Numbered from the stretch's first letter, positions 47,917 to 59,222 are shown. The stretch: DNA of 64,000 bases from Promethearchaeota archaeon (GCA_016840165.1 JAEOSU010000038.1:1-64000), one strand, 5' to 3'. Notes: generated by a model not told the origin, from the sequence alone. Made by a program: numbers and translations.

Positions 47917-48534
47917 GTGATTGATCCATTTGTCATTAAGATATTTTTTCTCATTGTTATCCTTTCCTTTCTTGTTGGAATGTTTGTCCCAATGATAATA
48001 ATAAAGAAGAAAGGATATGATCCTCATGGAACACATGAAAGTGCTTCATTTCTAACCAAATTGACTCCTTATACAATTTTCACATGGCTTACATACATTA
48101 TTCTATATATTATAATGGATGAAGAAATCTTACTCTTTTTAGGATTAGATGTTTTAATTTCAGATTTTTTTGTTATCATGGGAATGATTATTGTTAGTTT
48201 AGGTTTATTATTAGATTTATGGGGGACTCTCTCACTTGGAACTAATTTTAGGATTGAACTTCCAAAAGAAAATATTTCATTAAATACTACAGGAGTTTAT
48301 AGGTTAATGAGAAATCCTATAGTAGTAGGAGTATATTTTCTTCTGCTTGGAAGTTTTCTGATTATCCCAACCGTATTATCATTAATCTTCCTAATAATAA
48401 ATATATTAACTTTTGATTCTAAAGTAAGAGATGAAGAAAGATATCTTGCTAAAAAGTTTGGTAATGAATATAGGGATTATAGGGAAAAGGTAGGCAGATA
48501 TTTTCCATTTAATATTTTAAAGATAAGAGAATGA
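47917..48534 (+). CDS. ICMT/PEMT-family membrane methyltransferase
   Basis: TTGVYRLMRNP, EERYL..KFG.EY..Y..KV.RY. Confidence 0.9.
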   Translation: MIDPFVIKIFFLIVILSFLVGMFVPMIIIKKKGYDPHGTHESASFLTKLTPYTIFTWLTYIILYIIMDEEILLFLGLDVLISDFFVIMGMIIVSLGLLLDLWGTLSLGTNFRIELPKENISLNTTGVYRLMRNPIVVGVYFLLLGSFLIIPTVLSLIFLIINILTFDSKVRDEERYLAKKFGNEYRDYREKVGRYFPFNILKIRE

Positions 48535-48577
48535 ATATCTTTTCTGTAAATTAATAAATTTTAAAAATGAATTTAAA

Positions 48578-49213
48578 ATGGGTTTAAAAAAAAAGTTAGT
48601 GGCTCAAGTTAGAAATCCAAGCGGGAAATTAGGGCGCTTTATCGCTAGAGGAATGAATAAGGGGCATGCTAAATTAGCTAAATGGGGTATATCTAAGATT
48701 TTGATCAAGCCAGATTATTTTATTCTGGATATTGGGTGTGGAGGAGGAGGAAATCTCCATAGGTTTGGAGAGATGATAAAAGATGGAAAGGTTTATGGAA
48801 TTGATTCCTCAGAGACTTCAGTAAACATAAGCAAGAAAATAAATAAAAATCAAATTGATAATGGAATTATAGAGATACAAAAAGCCTCAGTATCTTCATT
48901 ACCTTTTAATAATAATTTCTTTAATTTAGTCACTGGTTTTGAATCATACTATTTTTGGCCAGATTTAATTAAAGACTTGAATGAAATATATAGAGTTCTT
49001 AAACCAAAAGGAAAATTAATCCTTGTTAATGAAGGATATCTTTGCGATAACACGAAGAAAAGGAAAAAAGCTGAAAAATGGTCAATATTGGGAAATTTTC
49101 ATATACATTCACCCAAAGAATATGAAGACTTCTTAACTAAAGCTGGATTTATTAATATTCAAATTTTTGAAGAAAGAAAAAAAGGATGGATTGCTGTTAT
49201 TGGCGTTAAATAA
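48578..49213 (+). CDS. Class I SAM-dependent methyltransferase
   Basis: LDIGCGGG, GID.S, LPF, RVLKPKG. Confidence 0.92.
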   Translation: MGLKKKLVAQVRNPSGKLGRFIARGMNKGHAKLAKWGISKILIKPDYFILDIGCGGGGNLHRFGEMIKDGKVYGIDSSETSVNISKKINKNQIDNGIIEIQKASVSSLPFNNNFFNLVTGFESYYFWPDLIKDLNEIYRVLKPKGKLILVNEGYLCDNTKKRKKAEKWSILGNFHIHSPKEYEDFLTKAGFINIQIFEERKKGWIAVIGVK

Positions 49214-49240
49214 ATAGTAATTCTAAAAGAATAGAAAGAA

Positions 49241-50473
49241 TTAGTCATTCTCTTCTTCTTTTTTATCTTTTTCTTCAAAAAATTCTTCGGCTCTCTCTAA
49301 TTCACCTTCTAATAATTCTTTTTCTTTTTGTTTAATTTGCTTTTCTTTTAATTCTAATTCGACTCGAGATAATTCATTTTCCTTTTCTATTAGTTCTTCT
49401 TTTATTTTTAACGCTTCTTCCTTCTTCTCAATTGCTTTTTCTTCAATTTCTTTTTCTCGTAATTCTAGTTCAAGTTTCTTCTTTTTCAGTTCGAAATCCT
49501 TCTTTTTAAGCTCTATCTCTTTATCTAAGATATCAGATTCTTCCTTTTTTATTATTTTTTTAATTTTCTTTGGTAACTCTTCTCTTTTCGCAGGTTTTTC
49601 TATTTCATGATCAATAATATCTTCTTTTATTTTCAATGCTTTTTCTTTTTCTTGAATAAATTGTTCTTCAAGTTGCTTTTCTTTTTCTTCCAATTCTAAT
49701 TTTTTCTTTTGAATTGCAATTTTTTTCTTTTTTAACTCTAATTCTTTATCAGTGATTTCCGTTTCTTCCTGTTCTAAGTCGGATTCTTCTTCTACTATAT
49801 CTTCTATACCATCGACAGAAACTATAGATTTTAAAATCTTATCCGCATTTTCTTTTAGTTCCTTATCTTCCGGGAATTCTTTAACGTAATTAGAAATTAT
49901 TTTTGTTATTAATGATGGTTTATCTTTACCTATAGCAGTTAATGCTTGAATAGCTTTTTTCACTACGAAATCCTTTTCATCACTTAATTTTTCCGTAATC
50001 GCTTTAATCAAATCATCATCTTCAATGTTCAATTCTCCCCCTGCTATAAAAATTAAGAGTTGAAGATCGGCCTCCCTTACATTGGGATCGTCAGAATTTA
50101 ATAAATCTTTACTATAAGGTAAAAATAAGTCACATTCATCTTCACACATTGATTTAAGTAATAGTAGAAACGAATAACGAAGAACTGAGTCTCTTTTTGA
50201 TAAATTTTCTAGCAAGGAAGGAATATCAATGATTAAACGCTCAATTAAGAAACGAAGAACCGTTCTACCTCCATGTAAGAGCATAAGCGTCTCAATGATG
50301 TCTTCAAGACGATCTAAGTAATCTTCATCCGTCGCGTCTCCTAGATAAAGTGCGATAATATTTACGACATCATCAAATCTCTCATCTTTCATGAAATCTT
50401 TTATTTTACTTATTTCAGGATTTTCTTGTTGTTTTTCACTCAATTTTTTCTCTCCTTCATAATTTAAATCCAA
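49241..50473 (-). CDS. HEAT-repeat protein with long K/E coiled-coil tail
   Basis: LLNSDDPNVREA, LSDEKDFVVKKAIQAL; duplicated coiled-coil unit. Confidence 0.8.
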   Translation of the reverse strand: MDLNYEGEKKLSEKQQENPEISKIKDFMKDERFDDVVNIIALYLGDATDEDYLDRLEDIIETLMLLHGGRTVLRFLIERLIIDIPSLLENLSKRDSVLRYSFLLLLKSMCEDECDLFLPYSKDLLNSDDPNVREADLQLLIFIAGGELNIEDDDLIKAITEKLSDEKDFVVKKAIQALTAIGKDKPSLITKIISNYVKEFPEDKELKENADKILKSIVSVDGIEDIVEEESDLEQEETEITDKELELKKKKIAIQKKKLELEEKEKQLEEQFIQEKEKALKIKEDIIDHEIEKPAKREELPKKIKKIIKKEESDILDKEIELKKKDFELKKKKLELELREKEIEEKAIEKKEEALKIKEELIEKENELSRVELELKEKQIKQKEKELLEGELERAEEFFEEKDKKEEEND

Positions 50474-51393
50474 ATTATATAAAAATCATTATATAAACGA
50501 AATAAAATATTAAACACTAAACGCAAGTCTCGATATCTAATGCCATTTTTTACATCGATATGTAATCTAATTTTTAGGTTTTCCTTTTTATCGATATATA
50601 AATTAATCTCTTTACAAAATTGACTCAAAGCATCCAAATCATTAGCAAAAGTATTCCATAAATATTGATCCTTCTTATTATCATCATTTTCAGGTGGTTC
50701 TTGGCTTGTTCTGTTTAATATATCTTTAGGAATATAAGTTTTAATTTCAACACAATCATCTGGAATAAGATTTCGCTCAATTTCTGGAAAGTATAGAGAG
50801 GTGAATAAATCTGTTAAACCTTTTAATATTTCTAAGTTGGCGATCATCTCCCTATTGGCATTACATAAAGCATACTTTTCATTTAAAAAGATAATGTGTA
50901 TCTTTTCTTCAAATTTAAAAATCAAATAATTTATTTTATTAGTCAAGAAATATTGAAAATCTTCATCTCGATTATTTATTCGATCTTTAAAAATATCAGT
51001 AGCTGCCTTAAAATCCCCTTTCGATAAAAATTTATTTAATTTTCTATAATCTCCATGAAAAAACACGTCTACAAAGTCTATTAAATACAAATACGTATCA
51101 AATGGTTTATAAATTACCGTTTTATTTCGAAAATCACGTTGAATAATATTTTTGTGAACACTATAACAAAATTTCGGTTGATCTTCAAGACTTAATCCAT
51201 TCAATATTCTAAGTTTGAGCAAAAATCTTTTAGAACACATTGGAGAGAGTGTGCATAAAATTCTATCACGCTCACATTCTTCAAAGCATAACTTTTTAAT
51301 TCGGTTATTTAATAATTCTAGCAATTCATCTTTAGTTTTCGAGTCTGATTCCGATGTAATAAACTTATCAATGTGTTCAGGGGTTAACGGCAT
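50464..51393 (-). CDS. Hypothetical protein with N-terminal Cys cluster
   Basis: C-x3-C-x6-C-x5-C...FCY. Confidence 0.7.
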   Translation of the reverse strand: MPLTPEHIDKFITSESDSKTKDELLELLNNRIKKLCFEECERDRILCTLSPMCSKRFLLKLRILNGLSLEDQPKFCYSVHKNIIQRDFRNKTVIYKPFDTYLYLIDFVDVFFHGDYRKLNKFLSKGDFKAATDIFKDRINNRDEDFQYFLTNKINYLIFKFEEKIHIIFLNEKYALCNANREMIANLEILKGLTDLFTSLYFPEIERNLIPDDCVEIKTYIPKDILNRTSQEPPENDDNKKDQYLWNTFANDLDALSQFCKEINLYIDKKENLKIRLHIDVKNGIRYRDLRLVFNILFRLYNDFYIIWI

Positions 51394-51590
51394 TTCTTGA
51401 AATTTTTTTTCTTTACTATATACATTAGTATTGATCTGATCTAATTGTAATTACTAATTTTTCATTTCATAAATTATTTTATTATCATTTATAATTTCGA
51501 ATTTTGTAAACAAAATATATTAATAAGTGTTTTTTATATTTTTATTAAGAATATTAATAGCGTTCCTAATAAGAAAGCAGAAAGATAAAA

Positions 51591-53099
51591 ATGTTAAGAC
51601 AACTTCACGTTTTTCTCAAAAGTGAGTTATTATTTACTCATACATATGCAATGGCCGTTGGAGATGAAGAGGTAAGTAATGTTAAAAAAGTTCTTGGTTC
51701 TTTTCTTGAGATGCCAATGCCAGGTAAAACATTTCAATTTCCTGGCTCCAATTTTCAAATATTTCATCGAAGCAAGGATAATTTAATATTTATATTCATA
51801 ACCGATTTAATAGACAATAAGGACTATATTGAAAAGATCCTTATTAAAACAATTGACAAATTCCAATCTCTTTTTCCGAACATTGGTTCTATTGAGCATT
51901 CCATATTATCTTCAAATGAATTTCTTGATTTTCTAAATAAAATCCAACATGAAATGCATTCAAAAATAGCACTCATGGGACCCTACAAATCTGGAAAGAC
52001 TTCTCTTTATCAATTACTTAAAGATAATGAAGAACGTGATATTGCAGATTTTGCAAAAGTATCTCTTTTTAATTTAAATAAACTTCAATTTGATTTATGG
52101 GATTTTCAATTACCTGAAAATTATCATGGATTATGGGGCAAATTCATAAAAGGCTCAGATTTAATAATACTCCTATTTGATATCTCAGACTATAATTTGA
52201 AGGTAATAGAACATTTTTTACAGTTATATAATCAAGAAAGTAAGCTTTCAAGACTTTTAATTCTAGGGAATAAGGCTGATTTAATTAATGAAGAGGAAAT
52301 AAAACTAACTTCTAATTTATTAAAAATAGGTAAATATCAAACGATATCTTTGAAACAAACTGATGCTGAACAAAAACTAAAAGAACTCATCGGGCAAAGC
52401 TTAAGGTTAAAAAAAGGATTACCAGATAAATTTAACATTTTAATCAAAGAAGCTGAACAAATAGAAAATGATAGAAATTATGTATTAGCAATAGCAAAAT
52501 ACAAAGAATTAATCAAGATTTGTAATGAATATCAAGACTTTCTTTATATCTCCGGATTTAAAGATAAAGTTGAGCAACTTACTGAAAAACTAGAAAAAGA
52601 TAAAAAATTTAGACGTCAACAAGGAATTAAGCTTAAATTTGAGATTCCAAACCAAATTAAATTCCATCAAAAAGTTAGTGTCAAACCACTTCCTAGTGAA
52701 GGCCCACAAGAATTAATAAAACCAGTTCCTCCCAAAAAAGGTTTTATTGAAATGCCTCTTGAGGGTACATATAAGAAAAAGAAATTAGAAAACCTTACCT
52801 TGTTTACTCAAGAGGATAAAGAAGAGGCGGAAAAAAAGGAGTTCTTAGAACCAGAGGATATTAGTTTCGATATAAAACTAAAAGCTCCCGAAGAGAAAGA
52901 GCTTTCTATTGAAAAGGAGATCTCGAGTTCGGAATTTCCTAAAAAATTACAAACTCTTATTATAAAAAATGGAAGCTCTCTTAGCTTAAATTTATGTGAA
53001 CATCTTATAAAAGAATTAAAGAAAACGCTCGATAGGCCATTAACCATAGAGGATGTTGAAACCGCGGCGAAAATTTTTGTCAATCAAGAGAATCTATAA
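51591..53099 (+). CDS. Longin-like plus Ras-superfamily small GTPase plus MIT/TPR-like helical domain
   Basis: GPYKSGKTS, LWD, GNKAD; N-terminal longin-like alpha/beta pattern. Confidence 0.78.
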   Translation: MLRQLHVFLKSELLFTHTYAMAVGDEEVSNVKKVLGSFLEMPMPGKTFQFPGSNFQIFHRSKDNLIFIFITDLIDNKDYIEKILIKTIDKFQSLFPNIGSIEHSILSSNEFLDFLNKIQHEMHSKIALMGPYKSGKTSLYQLLKDNEERDIADFAKVSLFNLNKLQFDLWDFQLPENYHGLWGKFIKGSDLIILLFDISDYNLKVIEHFLQLYNQESKLSRLLILGNKADLINEEEIKLTSNLLKIGKYQTISLKQTDAEQKLKELIGQSLRLKKGLPDKFNILIKEAEQIENDRNYVLAIAKYKELIKICNEYQDFLYISGFKDKVEQLTEKLEKDKKFRRQQGIKLKFEIPNQIKFHQKVSVKPLPSEGPQELIKPVPPKKGFIEMPLEGTYKKKKLENLTLFTQEDKEEAEKKEFLEPEDISFDIKLKAPEEKELSIEKEISSSEFPKKLQTLIIKNGSSLSLNLCEHLIKELKKTLDRPLTIEDVETAAKIFVNQENL

Positions 53100-53118
53100 A
53101 TACATTCAAATTTAAACA

Positions 53119-54612
53119 TTAAAAGATAGAAATTAACATTCTATAGTAATTTGGTAAAAAAACATACATTATTGTGTTTCCTATCAGGAAAATGATTAAT
53201 AATATTGCAATTAAATTCACAAATTTATATTTTAATTTTGGTGTTGAATCTTTCTCTAAATAGGAACTGTTTTTACTTATGTAAACCTGAATAAAAAAGT
53301 GAGATGTGTAGAGAAGATTTATTAGAACTGAGATTATAAAAAAACTTATTGCGATAATATACACCAAGCTTATCAGCGAATTAATCAAGAGGAATGCAAC
53401 CTCAAAATAGAAAAGGATAAAATAAATAAAGATTAAACTAACTGGAAATATCAATAATACACCAGAGAGAAATAATAACAATCCAAAAAATTTGTTATTT
53501 TTCCAAAAATTACCTAAGAACCTCACATTATCTTCATAAGATACATTCGCTACTTGTAGAAATGAATAAGACAGTAATAACTTAATAATGATTAAATTTG
53601 CATATAGAAAACCTAATAAATTTAGCATATCACCACTATAAGACTCAGGGAACAGAGAAAAAATCATGAATAAAAATAGAACTAGATTAGAGTCACTTAT
53701 TATGCTATAACCTATTATCTTTTTAGTTGAATAAGTAAATCCATCTTGAGATGTATATAACTCCAAAATAATATAATAAATAGCGATGACTATACCTGTA
53801 CCTGAAAAAATTAAACTTATAAAAATAGTAATAAAATTAAGCAGACTAATAGCATGCAATATTCGTATAATGCTAACTAATGTTATGAAATTAAAAGCCA
53901 TATAAATGATTAAATGGAAAAAATTAATTTCCTGAAAATACAGTTTAAGATGAAAAACATAAAAGGGAAAAAATCCGCATGCTATGCCCATTCCAAGTAT
54001 TAACAATATCGCTACGATAGTACCAGCGATATCGGATGTTATAATAGCCCCGATATTATAAATCTGTATTGTGCCGGTATTAAAGTAATAGATTAATGCT
54101 GCTAATATGAGTAGGATAATGCTTAGAACACAAGCTAAGAAATAAGTCTTTAATAGGTTAAACTCTTTCTTAAACTCTCCAAAATAAAAAATCATCCCTA
54201 CCAGCATTGAGGTCAAGATAAAAAATGCGATTAAAGTTAAGAAATTGATACTGATAACCATACCTATAAGTGATAAAAAAATCAGTAATGAAAATGTATC
54301 AAATAAATAGGCATTTGGATACTCTTCTGAAGTAAACTTGATAAAAATTGAAAAAATGACTTGAAAGAGGAAAATAATTCCCATTAGGATATATTGATTT
54401 GAGGAAAAGAGAATATTGAATATGGATTCTTGATGGGGAAAAAGAAGATTAAGTACGATAAGTATTAAAGTTATGATTAGATTTACAGATGATAAAATTA
54501 AGTGAATAGTTTTACGAATTTCATAAGTTTTTACCACCAGCATTAATAATGCTCCAGCCAATAATAGAATAGCGGGAATTATTGCTATGAAAAGAAATAT
54601 TGGAATGGTCAA
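53119..54612 (-). CDS. Proton-conducting antiporter-like membrane subunit (NuoN/MrpD-like), divergent
   Basis: ~14 TM; G..PFY.F...LY, KKIIGYS. Confidence 0.65.
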   Translation of the reverse strand: MTIPIFLFIAIIPAILLLAGALLMLVVKTYEIRKTIHLILSSVNLIITLILIVLNLLFPHQESIFNILFSSNQYILMGIIFLFQVIFSIFIKFTSEEYPNAYLFDTFSLLIFLSLIGMVISINFLTLIAFFILTSMLVGMIFYFGEFKKEFNLLKTYFLACVLSIILLILAALIYYFNTGTIQIYNIGAIITSDIAGTIVAILLILGMGIACGFFPFYVFHLKLYFQEINFFHLIIYMAFNFITLVSIIRILHAISLLNFITIFISLIFSGTGIVIAIYYIILELYTSQDGFTYSTKKIIGYSIISDSNLVLFLFMIFSLFPESYSGDMLNLLGFLYANLIIIKLLLSYSFLQVANVSYEDNVRFLGNFWKNNKFFGLLLFLSGVLLIFPVSLIFIYFILFYFEVAFLLINSLISLVYIIAISFFIISVLINLLYTSHFFIQVYISKNSSYLEKDSTPKLKYKFVNLIAILLIIFLIGNTIMYVFLPNYYRMLISIF

Positions 54613-54781
54613 GTTAAATCACCAATGTTATGATCAATTTTCTCTTTAGATTGAGAGTTTTCTCACGATCGTTATAGCACGATTGATTTAATATTAAATA
54701 ACTTTCGAAATTTAATAAATTTAATAATAACTCTTTAAATTAATTAATATTAAATTTTCTAATAATTAATTCAAAAGAAGT

Positions 54782-56281
54782 ATGATGAATGCAATTAATC
54801 AATTAAAAGAAGAGTTCACTGAAATTAGACGACTTCAGTATATCACAGCTCTATTAGGGTGGGATACCCAAGTCAATTTACCTCCAGGTTCATATAAAGG
54901 ACGATCAGAGCAAGTTTCAATTATGGAAAAGATTACCCATGAAAAGCTAATTTCTGAAAAAATTGGTAAACTAATTTCAGAATGTGAAAAAATATCTGAT
55001 TTAGATACAATAGACTCTGCTATGGTAAGAGAAGCAAGAAGACTATATGATCATGAAGTAAAAATCCCTACAGAACTCGTTATAGAAATAGCGAAAACAA
55101 GTATATTAAGTCATCAAGCTTGGGAAAAGGCAAAAGAAAAGAGTGATTTTTCTATATTTGAGCCGTTACTTTCAAAAATGATTGAGCTTGAAATCGAAGT
55201 AGCAAAAAAATTGGATACTGGACCTACATTATATTCCACATTAATAGATTTATATGAACCGGGTGCTACTTATAGCTGGATTAAATCTGTTTTTGATGGA
55301 TTGAAACCGAGACTCGTAAGTATTATAGATAAGTTAACTTCTTCTAATGATAAACCAAACTTTTCAATACTGACTCGAAAATATGATCCTAAAAAGCAAT
55401 GGGATTTTAGTGTTGAGGTTGTAAAGAAACTACAATTTGATACTAATTTCGGACGACAAGATAAATCAGTACATCCTTTTACGACAACATTATCTTCAAC
55501 TGATACTCGAATAACTACTCGAATAAATGAAAATTTCTTCTCCCCAGGTATATTCGGTTCAATTCATGAATGTGGTCATGCTCTTTATGAAATGGGCTTT
55601 AAAAAAGAAATTCACGATACAATATTGGCTGATGGAGCATCAATGGGAATCCACGAATCCCAATCACGGATGTATGAGAATATAATCGGGAGAAGTAAAG
55701 AATTTTGGACTCATTTCTTTCCAATTCTTAAAAATAATTATTTTAAAGATACATTGAAAGATGTTAATTTAGATGAATTTCACCGAGCTATTAATACTGT
55801 ACAACCTTCATTCATCCGAGTTGAGGCTGATGAAGTTACTTATGCTTTACATATAATCCTTCGATTTGAAATCGAGCATGACATCATTGAAGGTAAAATT
55901 GAGAGTGCAGAGATCCCGACAATTTGGAATGAAAAGTTCGAAAAACTATTTGGCCTTCAGGTTATGAAAGATTCTGATGGAATGCTTCAAGATGTTCATT
56001 GGTCTGGTGGAGCCTTCGGCTATTTCCCTACATATGCACTAGGGAATCTATATGGCGCACAAATTTATTCAGATGCTTTGAGAAAACACCCTTCTTTACC
56101 TGAAGACTACAAAAAAGGAGATTTTACAAACATTTTAGCCTACCTAAGAGAAAATGTACATCAACATGGAAAGATATATCAACCACGAGACTTAGTAAAA
56201 AGAATAACTAATGAGGATTTAAACCCCGATTACTTTATAGAATATATTGAGAATAAATTTTATCCAATCTACAAAATTTAA
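54782..56281 (+). CDS. Carboxypeptidase, family M32
   Basis: HPF, HECGHALYE, HESQSR, IRVEADE, QDVHW, YFPTYALG. Confidence 0.96.
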   Translation: MMNAINQLKEEFTEIRRLQYITALLGWDTQVNLPPGSYKGRSEQVSIMEKITHEKLISEKIGKLISECEKISDLDTIDSAMVREARRLYDHEVKIPTELVIEIAKTSILSHQAWEKAKEKSDFSIFEPLLSKMIELEIEVAKKLDTGPTLYSTLIDLYEPGATYSWIKSVFDGLKPRLVSIIDKLTSSNDKPNFSILTRKYDPKKQWDFSVEVVKKLQFDTNFGRQDKSVHPFTTTLSSTDTRITTRINENFFSPGIFGSIHECGHALYEMGFKKEIHDTILADGASMGIHESQSRMYENIIGRSKEFWTHFFPILKNNYFKDTLKDVNLDEFHRAINTVQPSFIRVEADEVTYALHIILRFEIEHDIIEGKIESAEIPTIWNEKFEKLFGLQVMKDSDGMLQDVHWSGGAFGYFPTYALGNLYGAQIYSDALRKHPSLPEDYKKGDFTNILAYLRENVHQHGKIYQPRDLVKRITNEDLNPDYFIEYIENKFYPIYKI

Positions 56282-56391
56282 CTCTTTTTTATTTTTTTAA
56301 ATTTAAAAATTGAATATTGATGAATTTAGATACTAAAAGGTATGCTGAAAAATTATTAATTCTATTAGGTAATAAAATTTTTCAAATATAT

Positions 56392-57054
56392 TTAGAATTC
56401 CTTGCGTATGAATAAAAATGATGAAATTGAAAGTAAGGATATAGGAATCGCGATTCCTATAACAGCTGCAAAAATAAACGGGTTTATGATATTAATAAAT
56501 AATACTGGTAAAATGGAAAGTGCCGAGAGTTGATTACCAAGATATACAGATAAAATTGCTGCAACAGGAACCGAAGAAATGGTAATCCCAAATAACAGCC
56601 CAATCGAACATGAGATTGCAATTGCCGCTAAACTTATAGCTAAAGATTCAAAAAGAGTAATTATCACCCCCTCTGTTAACCCACCAATCGTTATATAATC
56701 AATAATTAACCCTAAAGTTAGAGAGATGATAATAGCAATGACCAAACAAAAATATACAGCTATAAACTTTGCAATTAAAATAGTTATGCGGTTTATAGGT
56801 CTAATAAGGAATAAATCATATACTTTCTGAGTGATTTCACTCGTTAATGAAGTACTAAGCATTGCAGAAGCAAGGGTTCCCCCTATTGTTGAAACTACAA
56901 TTGATACAAGAACGGAAAAGGGGAATTCCTCCATATCAGGCTGAAAAAAATGCATAAGAATAGTCAATATAGGTAGACCAACCCATAATACAATCATAAC
57001 TTTGGATTTATAAAACCCACGCAATTCATCGAAAAATAGTATAAAGAATTTCAA
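56392..57054 (-). CDS. ABC-2 type permease
   Basis: ~6 TM, SEI...LFLIRPI.R..IL.AKF. Confidence 0.88.
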   Translation of the reverse strand: MKFFILFFDELRGFYKSKVMIVLWVGLPILTILMHFFQPDMEEFPFSVLVSIVVSTIGGTLASAMLSTSLTSEITQKVYDLFLIRPINRITILIAKFIAVYFCLVIAIIISLTLGLIIDYITIGGLTEGVIITLFESLAISLAAIAISCSIGLLFGITISSVPVAAILSVYLGNQLSALSILPVLFINIINPFIFAAVIGIAIPISLLSISSFLFIRKEF

Positions 57055-58061
57055 TGCATATCACCACTTATATAATTTAAATAAACTTTTTCAAGAGATG
57101 GTTTTAAAAATCTGAAGCTTCTGATATAACATTTTTGTTGAAAAATACTTCCTAAAATTTTATGGGAAATTTCATCAAGATCTGCTTCAGGATGTAAATA
57201 AAGCAATTGTTTTAGGTTGGACGCTACTTCAATTTTCTCGATTTCTTCAATATTTTCTAAATCTTTACAAATGTGTCCCTCTTTAGCATAAATTATTTCG
57301 ATAATTTTTCCTACTTGGAATTGTTCCTGCAATTCAGTGGGAGTCCCAATCTTCATAATTTCACCCTGGTTTAAAATCCCTATTTTATTTGCAATATCTT
57401 CTACATCATTAAGGATGTGGGATGAAAACAAAATTGTAATTTCTTTCTTAGCTAAAGCCTTTATAAGCGATTTAATCTGAAATCTGCTAGCAGGATCTAA
57501 GCCAGAGAGCGGTTCATCTAAAATAAGTATTTTAGGTAAATTCAATAGAGCTTGTGCTAAGCGAAGTTTCTGGATCATGCCACTTGAAAGATGTTTAACT
57601 TTTTTTTCTTTAAACTCATAAAGACCCACGAAGCTTAACAGGGAATCGATTCTATTTTTAAGTTTGATTTTATCTATCCCTGAAAGCCTTCCAAACGTAT
57701 ATAAGGCATGATTGACTGTTCGCCAAGTTTGAAATCCTGTATCTTGTGGATGATAACCTAATATTTTAAATAAGTTATTCTGCTTTTTTGATATTAATTT
57801 ACTGTTTATTAAATAATTTCCTGAATAGTCCTTGATTAATCCTACCATAATCTTAATAGTTGTAGTTTTCCCAGCACCATTAGGACCTATATAGCCAAAT
57901 ATATCCCCCCTTTTTATCTCTAGAGAAACATTTTTTAATGCAGTTATGGTTTTGTATTTTTTAAAAATATTTTGAAACTTTAGATCTTGAAATGTGTTCT
58001 CCTCTAAGTCCTCTTCATATTCATCAAGAAAATTATCTAAATTCCTTGTTTCAAGTGCCAT
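57051..58061 (-). CDS. ABC transporter ATP-binding protein
   Basis: GPNGAGKTT, LSSGM, ILILDEP, SSH. Confidence 0.95.
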   Translation of the reverse strand: MALETRNLDNFLDEYEEDLEENTFQDLKFQNIFKKYKTITALKNVSLEIKRGDIFGYIGPNGAGKTTTIKIMVGLIKDYSGNYLINSKLISKKQNNLFKILGYHPQDTGFQTWRTVNHALYTFGRLSGIDKIKLKNRIDSLLSFVGLYEFKEKKVKHLSSGMIQKLRLAQALLNLPKILILDEPLSGLDPASRFQIKSLIKALAKKEITILFSSHILNDVEDIANKIGILNQGEIMKIGTPTELQEQFQVGKIIEIIYAKEGHICKDLENIEEIEKIEVASNLKQLLYLHPEADLDEISHKILGSIFQQKCYIRSFRFLKPSLEKVYLNYISGDMH

Positions 58062-58219
58062 ATTTAGTTTATACTTTTCTAATTGGTATATACATTTTAA
58101 ATATTACAAATAAACATGATTTATAATATTTTTTTAAAGATTTGAGAATTCAAACTCAGATTTATATATATATCCTTTTATAGTTTATTAAATTATTAAT
58201 GCTTTAATTAAAATTAATT

Positions 58220-59206
58220 ATGTTTGTTTCAGAAATCAACATTAAACTTGGTATACTAGGGCTTTGGTCTTCTGGTAAAACTTCAATGGTGAACTTGTTC
58301 CTCAATAAGGAGTTTCCCGATATCTATATCCCTACAATTGGATCTAATATTGTCAGAAAAGAATATCAATTAGAAAATTATCAAATTAGAATTAATATTT
58401 GGGATGTGGGTGGACAAAAAAGTTTTAATCCTCTCAATCCCGCATACTTCAGTAATTTGGATATAGTATTTCTTGTATTTGATTTATCTAATTTAAAAGA
58501 AACTCTTGTAGAATTAAAAAAGACCTATTTAAAATCGTTAAATAAATTATCTCCAGATTCTATTCGATTTTTAATTGGAAATAAATCGGATCTTATAAAA
58601 CCCGAAGATTCTGATATTTTACTCAATAATATTAGACAATATGGAATTGAGGGTATACCAATAATTTTTGTATCAGCAAAAACTCGCGATAATCTTACAG
58701 AAGCATTTGAATTAATAATCTTTGAATTTCTCAAAAAATTGGAAAATGAAAGCAAAAAACAACAGATCCAAGGATTAAGCGAAGAATTTTTACATAATTT
58801 AGGAAAAAATGAAGAAAATTTGTATAACTTACTAATTAATTTAGATGAAGTAGACTCTACGAGTATATATCAAAAAATTAGTCCTCAAATAGTTAAAAGA
58901 GTAATAAAAACAAAGGATAGAAAAGAAGAAATTAGGAAAAAAGAATTAGAGCCTACTATTAGTTTTCCTGAAGAGTTTTTTATTGTTGATAAAATTAAAT
59001 CGAATGTAATGAAATTATTTTATAATAATTTAAATTCGGTTCAAGAGTTAATTTTAAGTTTAAAGAGTACTCCAATTGATTATTTAATTAACAGAATCGA
59101 TCTTGTTAATGATGAACTCAATGGAATAAAAGATGATTTTGAGCTCAAACTGAATTCACTCTTTAACTTGAGAAAAAAAGGATTAGATTCGTATAAAAAC
59201 GACTAA
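58220..59206 (+). CDS. Rab-like small GTPase with C-terminal helical/coiled-coil extension
   Basis: GLWSSGKTS, YIPTIG, IWDVGGQ, GNKSD, SAK. Confidence 0.9.
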   Translation: MFVSEINIKLGILGLWSSGKTSMVNLFLNKEFPDIYIPTIGSNIVRKEYQLENYQIRINIWDVGGQKSFNPLNPAYFSNLDIVFLVFDLSNLKETLVELKKTYLKSLNKLSPDSIRFLIGNKSDLIKPEDSDILLNNIRQYGIEGIPIIFVSAKTRDNLTEAFELIIFEFLKKLENESKKQQIQGLSEEFLHNLGKNEENLYNLLINLDEVDSTSIYQKISPQIVKRVIKTKDRKEEIRKKELEPTISFPEEFFIVDKIKSNVMKLFYNNLNSVQELILSLKSTPIDYLINRIDLVNDELNGIKDDFELKLNSLFNLRKKGLDSYKND

Positions 59207-59222
59207 ATTGAGGTGAAATAAA

